In this document: positions 40,255 to 51,158 of the stretch, in pieces | Layout of the letters: the number at the start of each line of letters is the position of its first letter | Numbering within the stretch: position 1 is the stretch's first letter | From: an uncultured archaeon | Lineage (GTDB): Archaea; Asgardarchaeota; Thorarchaeia; Thorarchaeales; Thorarchaeaceae | Direction: 5' to 3' | NCBI GenBank assembly: GCA_964458565.1 | Contig: CAYWJO010000001.1 | Coordinates: 128,001 to 192,000 of the forward strand | DNA length: 64,000 bases | Position numbers and translations under genes: made by a program | The notes under the pieces: generated by a model | Databases searched by the model: none | What the model was told of the DNA's origin: nothing | What the model saw: the letters and a program-made list of their open reading frames with translations, nothing else

Positions 40255-41431
40255 GTTGTTCGAGGAAACTCTGAATTCTTACACCAAGCCTTGATAGATC
40301 TGAGAGTTCGGGATCTATTGGTAGACGTACAATAGGGAGATTCATCTCTGAAACCGCCTTCTCTAACGAAGGTGTTTCGAATTCATCTGGATCACAGAAT
40401 GACTGCTCACATACTATCAGCCCGTGAATATTGAGATTCGAAATCAGATCTTTTAGGTAAGTTACTCTATTTCGAAGTCCCTCCTGCGTTGGTTCTCCAG
40501 GGGATGCTAAAATTGATTGTGCCATTGCACTGAAGGGGTCACTCCCATCAGGTGGTGGTGTGAATACAGTCTTGAATCCAAATGATAGAATATCGAGCAC
40601 AATTACAGAGTCAGATGTCTTGGGAAGGATTTCAATAATTTTTGCTATAGCCTCAGGTTCTGTCATACCACCAAGGACAGCAATACGAGGACGAGGTAGA
40701 TTAGGAGGCAACTTGATATCTTGAAATTGGTGAGTTAGGATACCTTTTCTAATCCGTTCAATGTCTTCTCTGAAACCACTCTCATCCACAACCTGTTTTG
40801 CAGCTGTTCTTACACGCTCAAGTGCTCCATCTCCGGGTGCTGATAGAAAACCCCGCACAAGTGATGCTAATGAAGAGTAAGTGATGATATCAGGAACAAG
40901 AAGACGGACAATATAGAGAGTCTGAGCGGCCTCACGAAAACTTTGCATGAAATCAACAGCTTTACTATACTCATCATCAAAAAAAGGCTGGCCTAGTTCA
41001 TTTGATAGCTTCTCACTAAGTAACCTGAGCTCTTCGGCTAAGAATCTGATAGAAGCCTCACTCGTATCCGCAACCGGGTATGTTAATCGAAATACATTAT
41101 CTTCAGGAAACCTGACACGCCAAACATCACCTAAGTTCTGAAGTGAATCACACGTATTTCCGGGAAAAATAAAACCTGACACTTCGGGTAATTGATTCAT
41201 TTCACGTTGGCTATACATATTACGTATTAGTGAACAAGCAAAGGTCTGAAGAGATGTTTCGTATGCGCCACCAATGTTTGAATCAGTTCTAAGTAGAGTA
41301 GGAATGAACCCATGCGCAAGAATAAGTTCGTAAGGAGCATGAGGATAAAAAATACCAATAGCTAATCGACCAGATTCAACCATCTCACCAAGTTCAACCT
41401 TAGACTGCTCAATTACTTCATCAAATGTCAA
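40241..41431 (-). CDS. 2-hydroxyacyl-CoA dehydratase (HgdA/B, BcrC-like) subunit
   Basis: PYELILAHG, FACS, NTCDSLQ, FCDP, RIQSFLE. Confidence 0.82.
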   Translation of the reverse strand: MTFDEVIEQSKVELGEMVESGRLAIGIFYPHAPYELILAHGFIPTLLRTDSNIGGAYETSLQTFACSLIRNMYSQREMNQLPEVSGFIFPGNTCDSLQNLGDVWRVRFPEDNVFRLTYPVADTSEASIRFLAEELRLLSEKLSNELGQPFFDDEYSKAVDFMQSFREAAQTLYIVRLLVPDIITYSSLASLVRGFLSAPGDGALERVRTAAKQVVDESGFREDIERIRKGILTHQFQDIKLPPNLPRPRIAVLGGMTEPEAIAKIIEILPKTSDSVIVLDILSFGFKTVFTPPPDGSDPFSAMAQSILASPGEPTQEGLRNRVTYLKDLISNLNIHGLIVCEQSFCDPDEFETPSLEKAVSEMNLPIVRLPIDPELSDLSRLGVRIQSFLEQLESE

Positions 41432-41674
41432 TGTGGTATGCCTCTTGAGAAAATGTGATTCGCCCTGATGACTATTTAATTTGATAGCGTTAGAGAGGTC
41501 TTATTTGTTGTGTTCGAAAGAATTAAAGTAAAAATATCGTTGAATCCATACAATTTTTCAATTTCACTACCCGTAGAAGGCTATATCAGTAAGAAATCAT
41601 CAATATATCAGAAGATTTGTGGTCATTTCATTCGAGAAAAGACCATGATTAAAATATAAGAGGAAGAGAGAAAA

Positions 41675-43417
41675 ATGGAAGAGATGCTATGGCATAAGAA
41701 TAGATGGCCTCAAACTGTCAAGAAATCGCTAGATTATCCTGATGAACCACTTTATACACTGCTTGATCGGATAGCTGACAAACATCCTGATGCCCCGTCC
41801 ACACTATATTCGGGAGTTGCACGGACTTTTTCAGATGTACGTGATTCAGCCAACAAGATTGCAAACTTCTTGGAGAGTAAGGGTATCAAGAAGGGAGACA
41901 GAGTTGCTATTTTTCTACCCAATATGCCACATTACCCGCCGGTATTCTTTGGAATTCTAAAAGCGGGAGCTACAGCTGTTACTTGCAATCCAGCATATAC
42001 AGCTGGTGAACTCAATTTTCAACTTAAAGATTCAGGTGCAAAAGCAGTCTTTGTTCTAGATCATCCTAAATTCACACCACTTGCATACGACGCTATTGAG
42101 GGAACAGACGCTAATATTGTTATAGTCTGTGGTGTTAAATCATTCTTACCAAAGGCTAAAGCTGTGATAGGAGGATTACTTGGAAAGATACCAAAAAGTG
42201 CATTCTACAAAGAGGGAATTACATACCATTATGATGATATTATGATGAACAATGAAGCTAAAGCCCCAGACGTCACAATTAAACCAAAGGAAGATTTAGC
42301 ATTAATTCTCTACACTGGCGGAACCACAGGAACGCCAAAGGGTGCGATGCTTACTCATAGTAATCTATACAGTAATGTCATCCAAATCGATGAATGGGTT
42401 CAATTAGAGCCTCCTGAGGGTGGTGCGCCTCAGAAGCTGAAGCCTGGTGAAGAGGTCTTTGTGGGTGCCTTGCCCTGGTACCATTCATATGGGCTGACCC
42501 TAACAATGGTTGCTTCATATCTTACAGGTGGTGCCTTAGTCTGTATTCCAGACCCAAGAGCAGGAAAACCACCTATGTCTGAATTACTCTCGGAGATTCA
42601 GAAGAATAAGGGAACTATCCTTCACTGTGTCCCAGCCCTATATGCAGGAATCGTGAACCATCCGAAAATCGGAGATTACGACCTATCAACCGTTAAGGCA
42701 TGTGGATCTGGAGCGGCTCCACTTCCACCAGAATTGGCAAAACAATTCGAGGCAGTGACAGGCGCTACACTGTTTGAAGGCTATGGTCTTACTGAAACGG
42801 CTCCTCTTGCCACAGCTAATCCTTCACTCAAAAGTCTTAGGAAATTTGGCTCGATTGGAGTACCAATATCAGACACATATGTTGCTGTTGTAGATCTCGA
42901 AACTGGAAATAAGGAGCTTGGAGTTGGCGAAACCGGTGAGATTGCCATCAGCGGTCCGCAAGTTATGAAGGGTTACTGGAACAAACCAGATGAAACTGCA
43001 GCAGTATTTCGCGAGATTGGTGGAAAGCGATATTTCCTTACAGGAGACATCGGAAACATTGACGAGGATGGCTTCTTTACAGTATCAGACCGGAAGAAGG
43101 ACATGGTGAATGTAGGTGGTCTTAAAGCATATCCAAGAGAAATAGAAGATATTCTCTTTGAGCATCCTGCTATATCAATGGCTGCAGTCATCGGACTCCC
43201 ACGTGAAGATGACCCAAGCAATGAATATGTAAAAGCATACGTCATTCTGAAACAAGGGGCAACTGCAACACCTGACGAAATAATAGCATGGGCTAAGGAC
43301 AAGATGGCTGGCTATAAGAGGCCAAAAGAGGTTCAAATTGTCGACACTCTACCTATGAGTGCAGTTGGAAAGGTGTTACGAAGAGAACTTCGTGATGCGG
43401 AATTAGCCAAGAAATAG
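41675..43417 (+). CDS. fadD: Long-chain fatty-acid-CoA ligase
   Basis: YTGGTTGTPKG, EGYGLTE, TGDIG, DRKKD, GKVLRR. Confidence 0.9.
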   Translation: MEEMLWHKNRWPQTVKKSLDYPDEPLYTLLDRIADKHPDAPSTLYSGVARTFSDVRDSANKIANFLESKGIKKGDRVAIFLPNMPHYPPVFFGILKAGATAVTCNPAYTAGELNFQLKDSGAKAVFVLDHPKFTPLAYDAIEGTDANIVIVCGVKSFLPKAKAVIGGLLGKIPKSAFYKEGITYHYDDIMMNNEAKAPDVTIKPKEDLALILYTGGTTGTPKGAMLTHSNLYSNVIQIDEWVQLEPPEGGAPQKLKPGEEVFVGALPWYHSYGLTLTMVASYLTGGALVCIPDPRAGKPPMSELLSEIQKNKGTILHCVPALYAGIVNHPKIGDYDLSTVKACGSGAAPLPPELAKQFEAVTGATLFEGYGLTETAPLATANPSLKSLRKFGSIGVPISDTYVAVVDLETGNKELGVGETGEIAISGPQVMKGYWNKPDETAAVFREIGGKRYFLTGDIGNIDEDGFFTVSDRKKDMVNVGGLKAYPREIEDILFEHPAISMAAVIGLPREDDPSNEYVKAYVILKQGATATPDEIIAWAKDKMAGYKRPKEVQIVDTLPMSAVGKVLRRELRDAELAKK

Positions 43418-43428
43418 TCAAACGATAG

Positions 43429-43453
43429 AGGAGGTTTATCCTCCTTTTTTTTT
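43429..43453 (+). terminator. Hairpin plus T-run terminator
   Basis: GGAGG-TTTAT-CCTCC followed by a run of T. Confidence 0.7.
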
Positions 43454-43542
43454 ATAATTCATCTTTTTTATTCTACTAAAAACATATCAACCACATTGGT
43501 ATATCGTTATGAATAGCAAATCAGTAAGGAGTAAAGAGAAAT

Positions 43543-45291
43543 ATGGAAGAGCAGTATTGGCATAAAAGTGCTGTTTGGCCTAAAAAGACCCCTGCATCAT
43601 TAGAATATCCAGAAGAGCCACTATTTGCAATGCTCGACAGGGCTGCAGATACAAGTGGTGATTTGCCTTATACATGGTACATGGGAGTTACAAGGACATT
43701 TGCACAAGTAAGAGATAATGCAGACAGGATAGCTAATTTCCTCGTTAGTCGAGGTATACAGGAAGGAGACCGTGTAGCTATTTTCATGCCCAATGTCCCA
43801 CATTATCCAGAAGTGTTCTTTGGATCACTCAAGACTGGAGCAAAGATTGTCACTTGCAATCCACTTTACAAAACAGGCGAACTAAACTATCAGCTGAGAG
43901 ATACAGGAGCTAAGGTAATCTTTGCGTTCGATCATGGTACGTTCGTACCAACATGTTACAAAGCACTAGAAGGAACCGACATTGAAACGGTGGTCGTTTG
44001 TAGCATAAAATCATTCTTACCAAAAATAAAAGCAGTATTGGGGGGAATACTAGGTAAAATACCAAAGAGTCCATATTATGAAGAAGACAAGACATTCTTT
44101 TACGAAGATATTCTTACCAATTACGAACCACATGCACCCAATGTCACCATTGACCCATACAGTACTGCGTTACTCATCTACACTGGTGGAACTACAGGGA
44201 CTCCGAAAGGTGCAGAATTAACGCATCATAACCTCATATCAAATGTACTCCAAATCGGAGAGTGGGTGTATCTAGAGGAAGAAGATGTTGGTCGGTCAGG
44301 TGGGGTTAGGTATGGAGAGGAGGTGTATGTAGGGGCAGTTCCATGGTATCATTCCTACGGGATGACTCTAACGCTTCTGATGTCCACGCATTATGCAGGT
44401 CAGCTAGTCTGTATACCAGATCCTCGAGCTGGAAATCCACCTCTGACAGATTTGCTTAAAGATCTAGAAAAGTCAAAAGGAACGGTTTTGAACTGTGTAC
44501 CTGCCCTCTATGCAGGTATTATAAACCATCCAGACATAAGAAATTTCGACCTTTCTGAAATTAGTATATGCAGCTCAGGGGCAGCGCCATTGCCTCCTGA
44601 ACTTGCCAAATCATTCGAAGCAGTTACAGGTGCAATTCTCTTTGAGGGTTATGGGCTAACAGAAACATCACCTGTAACCCATATCAATCCTACAAACAAG
44701 CGAGACCGTAATTTTGGATCAATTGGAATTCCTATTTCGGACACAATTTGTAAGATTGTCGACCTTGAAACTGGGAATAAAGAGATGCCAATTGGAGAAA
44801 CAGGTGAAATTGCCATCAACGGTCCCCAGGTGATGAAAGGATATTGGAATAAACCAGAAGAAACAGCCAATGTCATGCGTGAATTTGATGGAAAACGATT
44901 CTTTCTAACCGGAGATGTTGGGCACATGGATGAGAATGGTTTTACATATGTATCAGATAGGAAGAAGCAGATGATCAATGTAGGTGGTCTGAAGGCATAT
45001 CCAAGAGAGATTGAGGATATCTTATTCACCCATCCGAAAGTCAAGATGGCAGCAGTGGTAGGAATACCACGAGATGAAGACCCAAGCAACGAGTTTGTCA
45101 AAGCATTCATACTGCTAAAAGATGGAGAGACTGCCACCGAAGAGGAATTTATTGCATGGTGTCGAGAACAGATGGCGGGATATAAGCGACCCAAGGAGGT
45201 CGAGTTTAGAGAGACATTGCCAATCAGTAATGTTGGAAAAGTACTAAGACGAGTTCTACTAGAGGAAGAACTCGAGAAAAGAGCAAAATAA
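43543..45291 (+). CDS. fadD: Long-chain fatty-acid-CoA ligase (tandem paralog)
   Basis: Same AMP-binding motifs; colinear with the upstream paralog. Confidence 0.9.
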   Translation: MEEQYWHKSAVWPKKTPASLEYPEEPLFAMLDRAADTSGDLPYTWYMGVTRTFAQVRDNADRIANFLVSRGIQEGDRVAIFMPNVPHYPEVFFGSLKTGAKIVTCNPLYKTGELNYQLRDTGAKVIFAFDHGTFVPTCYKALEGTDIETVVVCSIKSFLPKIKAVLGGILGKIPKSPYYEEDKTFFYEDILTNYEPHAPNVTIDPYSTALLIYTGGTTGTPKGAELTHHNLISNVLQIGEWVYLEEEDVGRSGGVRYGEEVYVGAVPWYHSYGMTLTLLMSTHYAGQLVCIPDPRAGNPPLTDLLKDLEKSKGTVLNCVPALYAGIINHPDIRNFDLSEISICSSGAAPLPPELAKSFEAVTGAILFEGYGLTETSPVTHINPTNKRDRNFGSIGIPISDTICKIVDLETGNKEMPIGETGEIAINGPQVMKGYWNKPEETANVMREFDGKRFFLTGDVGHMDENGFTYVSDRKKQMINVGGLKAYPREIEDILFTHPKVKMAAVVGIPRDEDPSNEFVKAFILLKDGETATEEEFIAWCREQMAGYKRPKEVEFRETLPISNVGKVLRRVLLEEELEKRAK

Positions 45292-45359
45292 TAGAAAATT
45301 AGAATCAAAAAAATGAGAAGATATATCTCTGAATACATCGCATCAACATCGGTGTCATT

Positions 45360-45695
45360 ATGAATAAAGAGGAGATTTTAGCAGAGCTTCAAACAATGGC
45401 AAGTAGATTTGATGATCCAAAGATTCAACGACGTTTCAAGGAGTACAACAAGACCCTTCAATTCAGCTTTCCTGATCTTGATGCACATCTCTTCATGAAA
45501 ATAGGTGACGCTGAACTCCTCGAGGTCGGTGAAGGGCAAATTGAAGATGCTGAACTTAGTGTCACAATGGACTCGACCATCTTCAAGAAAATCATTGAAA
45601 AGACAGAGAGTCCAATGGCAGCGTATTCAGAAGGGAGACTCAAAACAAAGGGAGAGGTACCAGACCTTTTGAAATTACAGAAATTATTACTTTGA
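45360..45695 (+). CDS. SCP2 sterol/lipid-binding domain protein
   Basis: 'ELSVTMDS...SPMAAYSEGRLKTKGEVPDLLKLQKLL'. Confidence 0.85.
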   Translation: MNKEEILAELQTMASRFDDPKIQRRFKEYNKTLQFSFPDLDAHLFMKIGDAELLEVGEGQIEDAELSVTMDSTIFKKIIEKTESPMAAYSEGRLKTKGEVPDLLKLQKLLL

Positions 45696-45712
45696 AAGGT
45701 AAGTTAGGAGGA

Positions 45713-46720
45713 ATGAGTCTGAAAGTACTCATCACAGCTCCATTGACCCAAGATTCACTCGATGAGCTATTTAGAATGGGTCTTGAAATAGAGTATCATC
45801 CATGGCATGCAACAGGAAAGTTGCACTTGAGTGATTCACTATTGAGCATCGTTAAAGATACCAATCCTGATATCCTAATTGTTGAGGGAGATGAAGTAAA
45901 GGAAGAAATCATTACAGAGAGTAGTTTGAAGCTCATCGGAAGTGTGCGTGGAACCCCCAATAATGTCGATGTTGATTTTGCAACATCTAAGAACATTCCA
46001 GTGGTGGCAGCTCCTGGAAGAAATACAAATGCTGTCGCGGAATTAACTTTGGCACTGATTCTCAGTCAATCACGGAATATTGTGAAGACTGATAGGATGC
46101 TGGTAAGAGATGAGTTCATGGTGGATAATTTTAGCGACTTTGCTAAGATGTACACTTCATCAATGGGTTTCGAACTTGCAGGTAAGACTGTAGGAATCAT
46201 AGGTCTTGGAAGAATTGGATATGAAGTTGCTAAAAAGCTCAGATGCTTTGGAGTCAAACTACTCGTGTACGACCCCTTTGTTCAAGTAGATAAATTAGAA
46301 TCAATCGATGCAGAGAATATGACACTTGAGAATCTGCTTAGAGAATCGGATATAGTAACAATCCATTGTATGCCGACTCCTGATACTAAAGGTATGTTGG
46401 GAAAGGAGGAATTTGCGATGATGAAAGAATCATCTATCCTCATCAATACATCACGAGCTTCGATTACCGACGAGTATGCACTTCATGATGCTCTCAAAAA
46501 TAAGAAAATAGCTGGAGCAGCTTTAGATGTATTCTCAATGGAACCAGTAGATTGTGACAATGTATTTCTAGAACTTGATAATGTGATTGTGACACCCCAT
46601 ATTGGCGGAAACACAATAGAAACAATTGAGCGACAGTCAAGGATCATACTGAATGAAATCAAGGCATTTGTTAATGGAGAACAACTTGAGTTCTGTCTTA
46701 ACCCCGAAGTCTTCGAATAA
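45713..46720 (+). CDS. D-isomer-specific 2-hydroxyacid dehydrogenase (SerA-like, no ACT domain)
   Basis: GIIGLGRIG, NTSRA, LDVFSMEP, TPHIGG. Confidence 0.88.
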   Translation: MSLKVLITAPLTQDSLDELFRMGLEIEYHPWHATGKLHLSDSLLSIVKDTNPDILIVEGDEVKEEIITESSLKLIGSVRGTPNNVDVDFATSKNIPVVAAPGRNTNAVAELTLALILSQSRNIVKTDRMLVRDEFMVDNFSDFAKMYTSSMGFELAGKTVGIIGLGRIGYEVAKKLRCFGVKLLVYDPFVQVDKLESIDAENMTLENLLRESDIVTIHCMPTPDTKGMLGKEEFAMMKESSILINTSRASITDEYALHDALKNKKIAGAALDVFSMEPVDCDNVFLELDNVIVTPHIGGNTIETIERQSRIILNEIKAFVNGEQLEFCLNPEVFE

Positions 46721-46733
46721 GGAGGAATCAATT

Positions 46734-48233
46734 ATGTCAATAGCAGCTATCGATGCTGGAACAACTGGTGTTCGTTGCATGATTGCAGGAAATAGAGGAG
46801 AGGTTCTATCAATTGCTCGTCGCCATTGGGATTATATTACTCCACAGCATCTAGAAATTGCAAAGGAATTTGATACCGAAAGATTCTGGGGATTGACCTG
46901 TGATGTAATCAAAGAAGCAATTCGTAAATCTGGCATCTCGGTTTCAGATATCGAAGGTGTAGCGACTACTAGCCAAAGACACGGAATTGTCCTTCTAGAT
47001 GCAGATGGAAAAGAGCTCTATGGAGGGCCTAACATCGATGCACGGGGAGCTATGACGCAGTTCGTCATAGAGGATTCGATTGGTGAGAAGTATCATGAGA
47101 TCACAGGTTGCTGGCCACCCATGATGTTCGCTCCCACAAAGGTAGCTTGGTTTGAGGAGGAAGAACCTGATATTCATGAAAAGATTGCGCATCTATTACC
47201 GATTAGTGATTGGATAACACACAAACTCTCAGGGGAATGTGTCACAGAGCCCTCCTCTGCTAGTGCAACAGGATTCTATGACATAAATAAGTGGGAATGG
47301 AGTCCTATCGTTATATCAGCAGTAGATATGGACAGGAATATCCTTCCGGATGTGGTTCGAGCAGGAGAGATTGTTGGTGAGGTGAACAGGAAAGCTGAGG
47401 TTGCGTGTGGACTCCCACAAGGCTTGCAAGTAATTCAAGGAGGGACAGATACACACTGTGCGCTCTTAGCCTGTGAGGTAAAAATGAATGAAATCACAGC
47501 TATCGCAGGAAGCACAACGCCAGTAATGACGATTATGAATAAGATAGTATGCGCACCTGAACAGAGAATGTGGACCTCTTGTCATATCTTACCTGGACAG
47601 TGGACGATGGAAAGCAATGCAACATTGACTGGCGCATATATTGAATGGGTTATTGGGCTCCTCTGTGAAAAATCAGATGATTCTGAAAAGTGTCGAGAAA
47701 AAATCCTCGATAATTTATCAGAAATTCTAAAGGATGTGCCACCAGGAAGTAACGAAACCATGACTGCCCTTGGTCCAAATGTAATGGACTGTCAGAAAAT
47801 CACGGATATTCCACTAGCTAGAATGTATTTCCCACAACCTGCTCTTCCCCAGGTCAAATCGCTTGATGCAGCTAGTATGATTCAGTCAGTCATAGAGAAC
47901 ATCGCGTACGCTGTTAGAGGTAACTATGAACAGTTATCAGATTTCTTTGAATTTAGCAGCATCAAAACAGTTGGAGGAACAACAAAGTCAAGGGTCTGGG
48001 TGGAAATATTAGCAAATGTGCTCGGAAGGGAGGTATACTATCCAATACAGCCCGAGGGCAGTCTACTTGGAGCTGCTATTTGTGCAGCTACTGGCATGCG
48101 ATGGTACGATAGTATCAACGAGTCAGCCCAGAATATGGTGCAATGGCATCCGAAAGTGGTACCAGATGAAAGGTCCGAAGACTATCAGGCGTACTACAAT
48201 CGATGGAAGGAAACTTGGATTGGATGTGTATAG
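46734..48233 (+). CDS. FGGY-family carbohydrate kinase (LsrK/XylB-like)
   Basis: AIDAGTTG, TSQRHGIVLLD..NIDARG, GGTDT, GG..KS..W; GGAGG RBS before 46734. Confidence 0.85.
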   Translation: MSIAAIDAGTTGVRCMIAGNRGEVLSIARRHWDYITPQHLEIAKEFDTERFWGLTCDVIKEAIRKSGISVSDIEGVATTSQRHGIVLLDADGKELYGGPNIDARGAMTQFVIEDSIGEKYHEITGCWPPMMFAPTKVAWFEEEEPDIHEKIAHLLPISDWITHKLSGECVTEPSSASATGFYDINKWEWSPIVISAVDMDRNILPDVVRAGEIVGEVNRKAEVACGLPQGLQVIQGGTDTHCALLACEVKMNEITAIAGSTTPVMTIMNKIVCAPEQRMWTSCHILPGQWTMESNATLTGAYIEWVIGLLCEKSDDSEKCREKILDNLSEILKDVPPGSNETMTALGPNVMDCQKITDIPLARMYFPQPALPQVKSLDAASMIQSVIENIAYAVRGNYEQLSDFFEFSSIKTVGGTTKSRVWVEILANVLGREVYYPIQPEGSLLGAAICAATGMRWYDSINESAQNMVQWHPKVVPDERSEDYQAYYNRWKETWIGCV

Positions 48234-48235
48234 AT

Positions 48236-48871
48236 ATGTTCGAAGAAAAGAAACAGGAACTGCTAGGCATCACTCATGAGATGTTAAGAGAGAATTTGGT
48301 GATTGGATCTTCAGGAAATGCTAGTGTCAGAGTTGAAAATAATGTTGTGATAACTCCAAGTGCTGTGAAATATGCTACAATGTCTGTTGATGATATTATG
48401 ATATTAGATATCGATGGAAATGTAATAGAGGGGTATCGTAATCCAAGTGTTGAAAGCCCAACACATCTAGAAATCTATCGTCGCCGAAATGATGCAAAGG
48501 CGATTGTACACGCTCATAGTATCTTTGCAACTGCGCTCGCTCTCTTAGATAGGCATTTACCTCCAGTCATAGACGAAGTTGTTCCAAAGCTTGGAGGGGA
48601 TATTAGACTAGCTAAATATGCAATGCCAGGTACAAAGGAACTCGCTAACAACGTGGTTCAAGCACTTGAAGACCGGAGTGCAGTCTTCCTCAAAAATCAT
48701 GGTGCACTCTGCATTGGTAAGTCTCTGGATGATGCACTTCACAACTCAATCCTACTTGAACGTACATGTATGATTTACATAACAGCTTTACAGATTGGAA
48801 AACCAACAGAACTTCCAGAGGATGTAGTTGATGATGAAATGGATCTCTGGTCTATGATGTCAAAATACTGA
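48236..48871 (+). CDS. Class II aldolase/adducin family (FucA-like)
   Basis: GSSGNAS, ITPS, PSVE..TH, HAHS, KNHG. Confidence 0.9.
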   Translation: MFEEKKQELLGITHEMLRENLVIGSSGNASVRVENNVVITPSAVKYATMSVDDIMILDIDGNVIEGYRNPSVESPTHLEIYRRRNDAKAIVHAHSIFATALALLDRHLPPVIDEVVPKLGGDIRLAKYAMPGTKELANNVVQALEDRSAVFLKNHGALCIGKSLDDALHNSILLERTCMIYITALQIGKPTELPEDVVDDEMDLWSMMSKY

Positions 48872-48882
48872 GGCATACTAGA

Positions 48883-50661
48883 ATGAAGGGGTATAAAGGA
48901 AAAATCCTGGATATTCAACTAAGCAATGGCTCAATAAATACGATTCCACTTGACGAAAAGCTTGCAAGGAATTTTCTTGGAGGAAGTGGCTACGCTGCAA
49001 GATTACTATACAATTTGATAGACTCATCAATCAATCCAATGGGTCCTGATAATCCATTACTTTACATGACCGGACCTCTCACAGGAACATTAGCACCTTG
49101 CTCTGGAAGACATGTAGTTTGTGGCAAGTCACCATTGACGGGGTTTTGGGGTGAGAGTCACGCAGGGGGTCATTTTGGAGCGAAACTAAAGTCAGCTGGA
49201 TATGATGGCATCCTAATACGAGGTAAAGCTGATTCTCCAGTCTACATAAGCATTAACAATGAAACGGTCGAAATCCATTCTGCAGAGCATCTATGGGGAA
49301 TGACAACGGACAAGACTCAAGCCAAATTGCGGAGCGAGCTGGGACGTGTTCAAGTTTCCTCTATTGGCCCAGCAGGTGAAAATCTTGTTAGGTTTGCTAG
49401 TATCATGAATGACGAACGAGCCAATGCAAGATGTGGGCTTGGTGCAGTGATGGGTTCAAAACTGTTGAAGGCCATTACAGTTCAGGGAGATACAAAAGTC
49501 AATCTCGCAGATGCGGAGAGTTTTCAGAAACTTGCATTAGAATCTTCGAAGATTCTTGGCGAAATCATGACCCATCTACGTGATTCTGGCACTGCGATTT
49601 ACGTCGACGTGGGTGCTGACTTCAATGACATGCCAATCAAGTATTTTCAGGAGGCAGAGTGGGATGACATCTTTGAACTCAGCTCATCGGTGATGAAAGA
49701 GTTTCTCACTGGAAGGTCTGCTTGTCATTCGTGTCCAATAGGATGCGGACGTAAAGTGACTCTTCCTGAATACGATCTGGAGAATGTTGCAGGTCCTGAA
49801 TATCAAACTATAGCTGCATTCGGATCCAACCTACTGATCTCAGACCTAAGAAAAGTTTCCCGGATGAATTTTCTATGCAATCAGTTTGGTATGGATACGA
49901 TAAGCTGTGGAAGCACAATCGCCTTTGCAATGTATCTTTCTGAACTAGGTAAGATGGATTATGGTCTCAGATGGGGAGATTCCGACGCCGTAATTGGATT
50001 GATTCATGCTATCGCGAATCGTGAAGGGATTGGTAACGAACTGGCTGAAGGTACACTGCGACTTAGCCAGAAGTATAATGCACAAAATCATGCTATACAT
50101 GTAAAGGGACTTGAAGTACCCAATCACGACCCTAGAGCGTTTGGTGGAATGGCAGTAGTCTATGCAATGGCTTCCAGAGGAGCATCTCATCTAGAAGGAG
50201 ATATGTATAGTGTAGACATGGGTGTTGAGGTAAGAGAGATTGGTATAACAAGTGGGGATAGACTTGAGAATGAGGGTAAGGGGATAATAGCGGCCCGTGC
50301 TCAGGATTTTAGGGCATTCTTCGATTCAATTATCATGTGTCATTTTGCGATAGTTCCTACAGAGAAGATTGTTAGAATGCTGAATCATGCAATAGGCGCC
50401 TCATACACATTAGAGGATATTCTGAAAATTGGTGCTCGTGCAGTTACTATGAAGAGATTAATCAATTTGAAATGCGGGTTAACACCAAGTCTGGATATTC
50501 TTCCAGAACCACTCTTGCAGCCTTTACCAGATGCTGCAACATACGGATTTGTACCTGATATTGAATCGCAAGTAACTGAATATTATCGATATAGAAATTG
50601 GGACAAATATTCTGGACAGCCGTCAACTGATGTACTCAAGGATCTTGATATAGATCTCTAA
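48883..50661 (+). CDS. aor: Tungsten-dependent aldehyde:ferredoxin oxidoreductase family
   Basis: KSPLTG, IGPAGE, GAVMGSK, CHSCPIGC, PEYQT, GMDTIS, HVKGLE. Confidence 0.9.
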   Translation: MKGYKGKILDIQLSNGSINTIPLDEKLARNFLGGSGYAARLLYNLIDSSINPMGPDNPLLYMTGPLTGTLAPCSGRHVVCGKSPLTGFWGESHAGGHFGAKLKSAGYDGILIRGKADSPVYISINNETVEIHSAEHLWGMTTDKTQAKLRSELGRVQVSSIGPAGENLVRFASIMNDERANARCGLGAVMGSKLLKAITVQGDTKVNLADAESFQKLALESSKILGEIMTHLRDSGTAIYVDVGADFNDMPIKYFQEAEWDDIFELSSSVMKEFLTGRSACHSCPIGCGRKVTLPEYDLENVAGPEYQTIAAFGSNLLISDLRKVSRMNFLCNQFGMDTISCGSTIAFAMYLSELGKMDYGLRWGDSDAVIGLIHAIANREGIGNELAEGTLRLSQKYNAQNHAIHVKGLEVPNHDPRAFGGMAVVYAMASRGASHLEGDMYSVDMGVEVREIGITSGDRLENEGKGIIAARAQDFRAFFDSIIMCHFAIVPTEKIVRMLNHAIGASYTLEDILKIGARAVTMKRLINLKCGLTPSLDILPEPLLQPLPDAATYGFVPDIESQVTEYYRYRNWDKYSGQPSTDVLKDLDIDL

Positions 50662-50996
50662 GCTTTCAAGAGATGTTGCAGCTTCATCAAATCACGTGCA
50701 GGACCATCTGCTTTTATCTTTCCAGTCATGAACGCACGCATTGCTGAGAGAGAACCATCAAGTATACTAAGGATAGTCTTGCTATCAGTAGTCACAGTCA
50801 TGTCAGGCGCGTTCAAAGACCCTTCAGTAGCAACTGCTTTACCATCTTCGAATTTTATGGTTATATGGAGGTCTAGATCATTGTAGGTCATGAGCATTGT
50901 TCGATTGAATTCTGCAAATCGCTTTTGTAATTTCGGAGTCTCGATTTTAGCAACCATCCGTTGAATAGCAGCGATTACCTCTTCATTGGTTGGCAT
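50658..50996 (-). CDS. SCP2 sterol/lipid-binding domain protein (second copy)
   Basis: 'PDMTVTTD...SAMRAFMTGKIKADG...LMKLQ'. Confidence 0.85.
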   Translation of the reverse strand: MPTNEEVIAAIQRMVAKIETPKLQKRFAEFNRTMLMTYNDLDLHITIKFEDGKAVATEGSLNAPDMTVTTDSKTILSILDGSLSAMRAFMTGKIKADGPARDLMKLQHLLKA

Positions 50997-51158
50997 ATTA
51001 GAGAACTCCTGAATGGTAGAAGGAGAATTACTTGAAAAATCTGTTGTGTGGTTTATTCATGTATTCATCTTGTAATCTTCTTGTTTCCTTATAGAATGAA
51101 ACATAAATGTATCAAAACTCTGAAATCGGTTCATAGAACTATGCGTTGTGAAGATAAA

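Noticed and set aside
44649-45338. Long antisense ORFs (also 9842-10513, 58761-59411, 61404-61808, 12021-12431 and similar)
   Set aside because: They are shadows of well-supported genes on the opposite strand and have no recognisable motifs.
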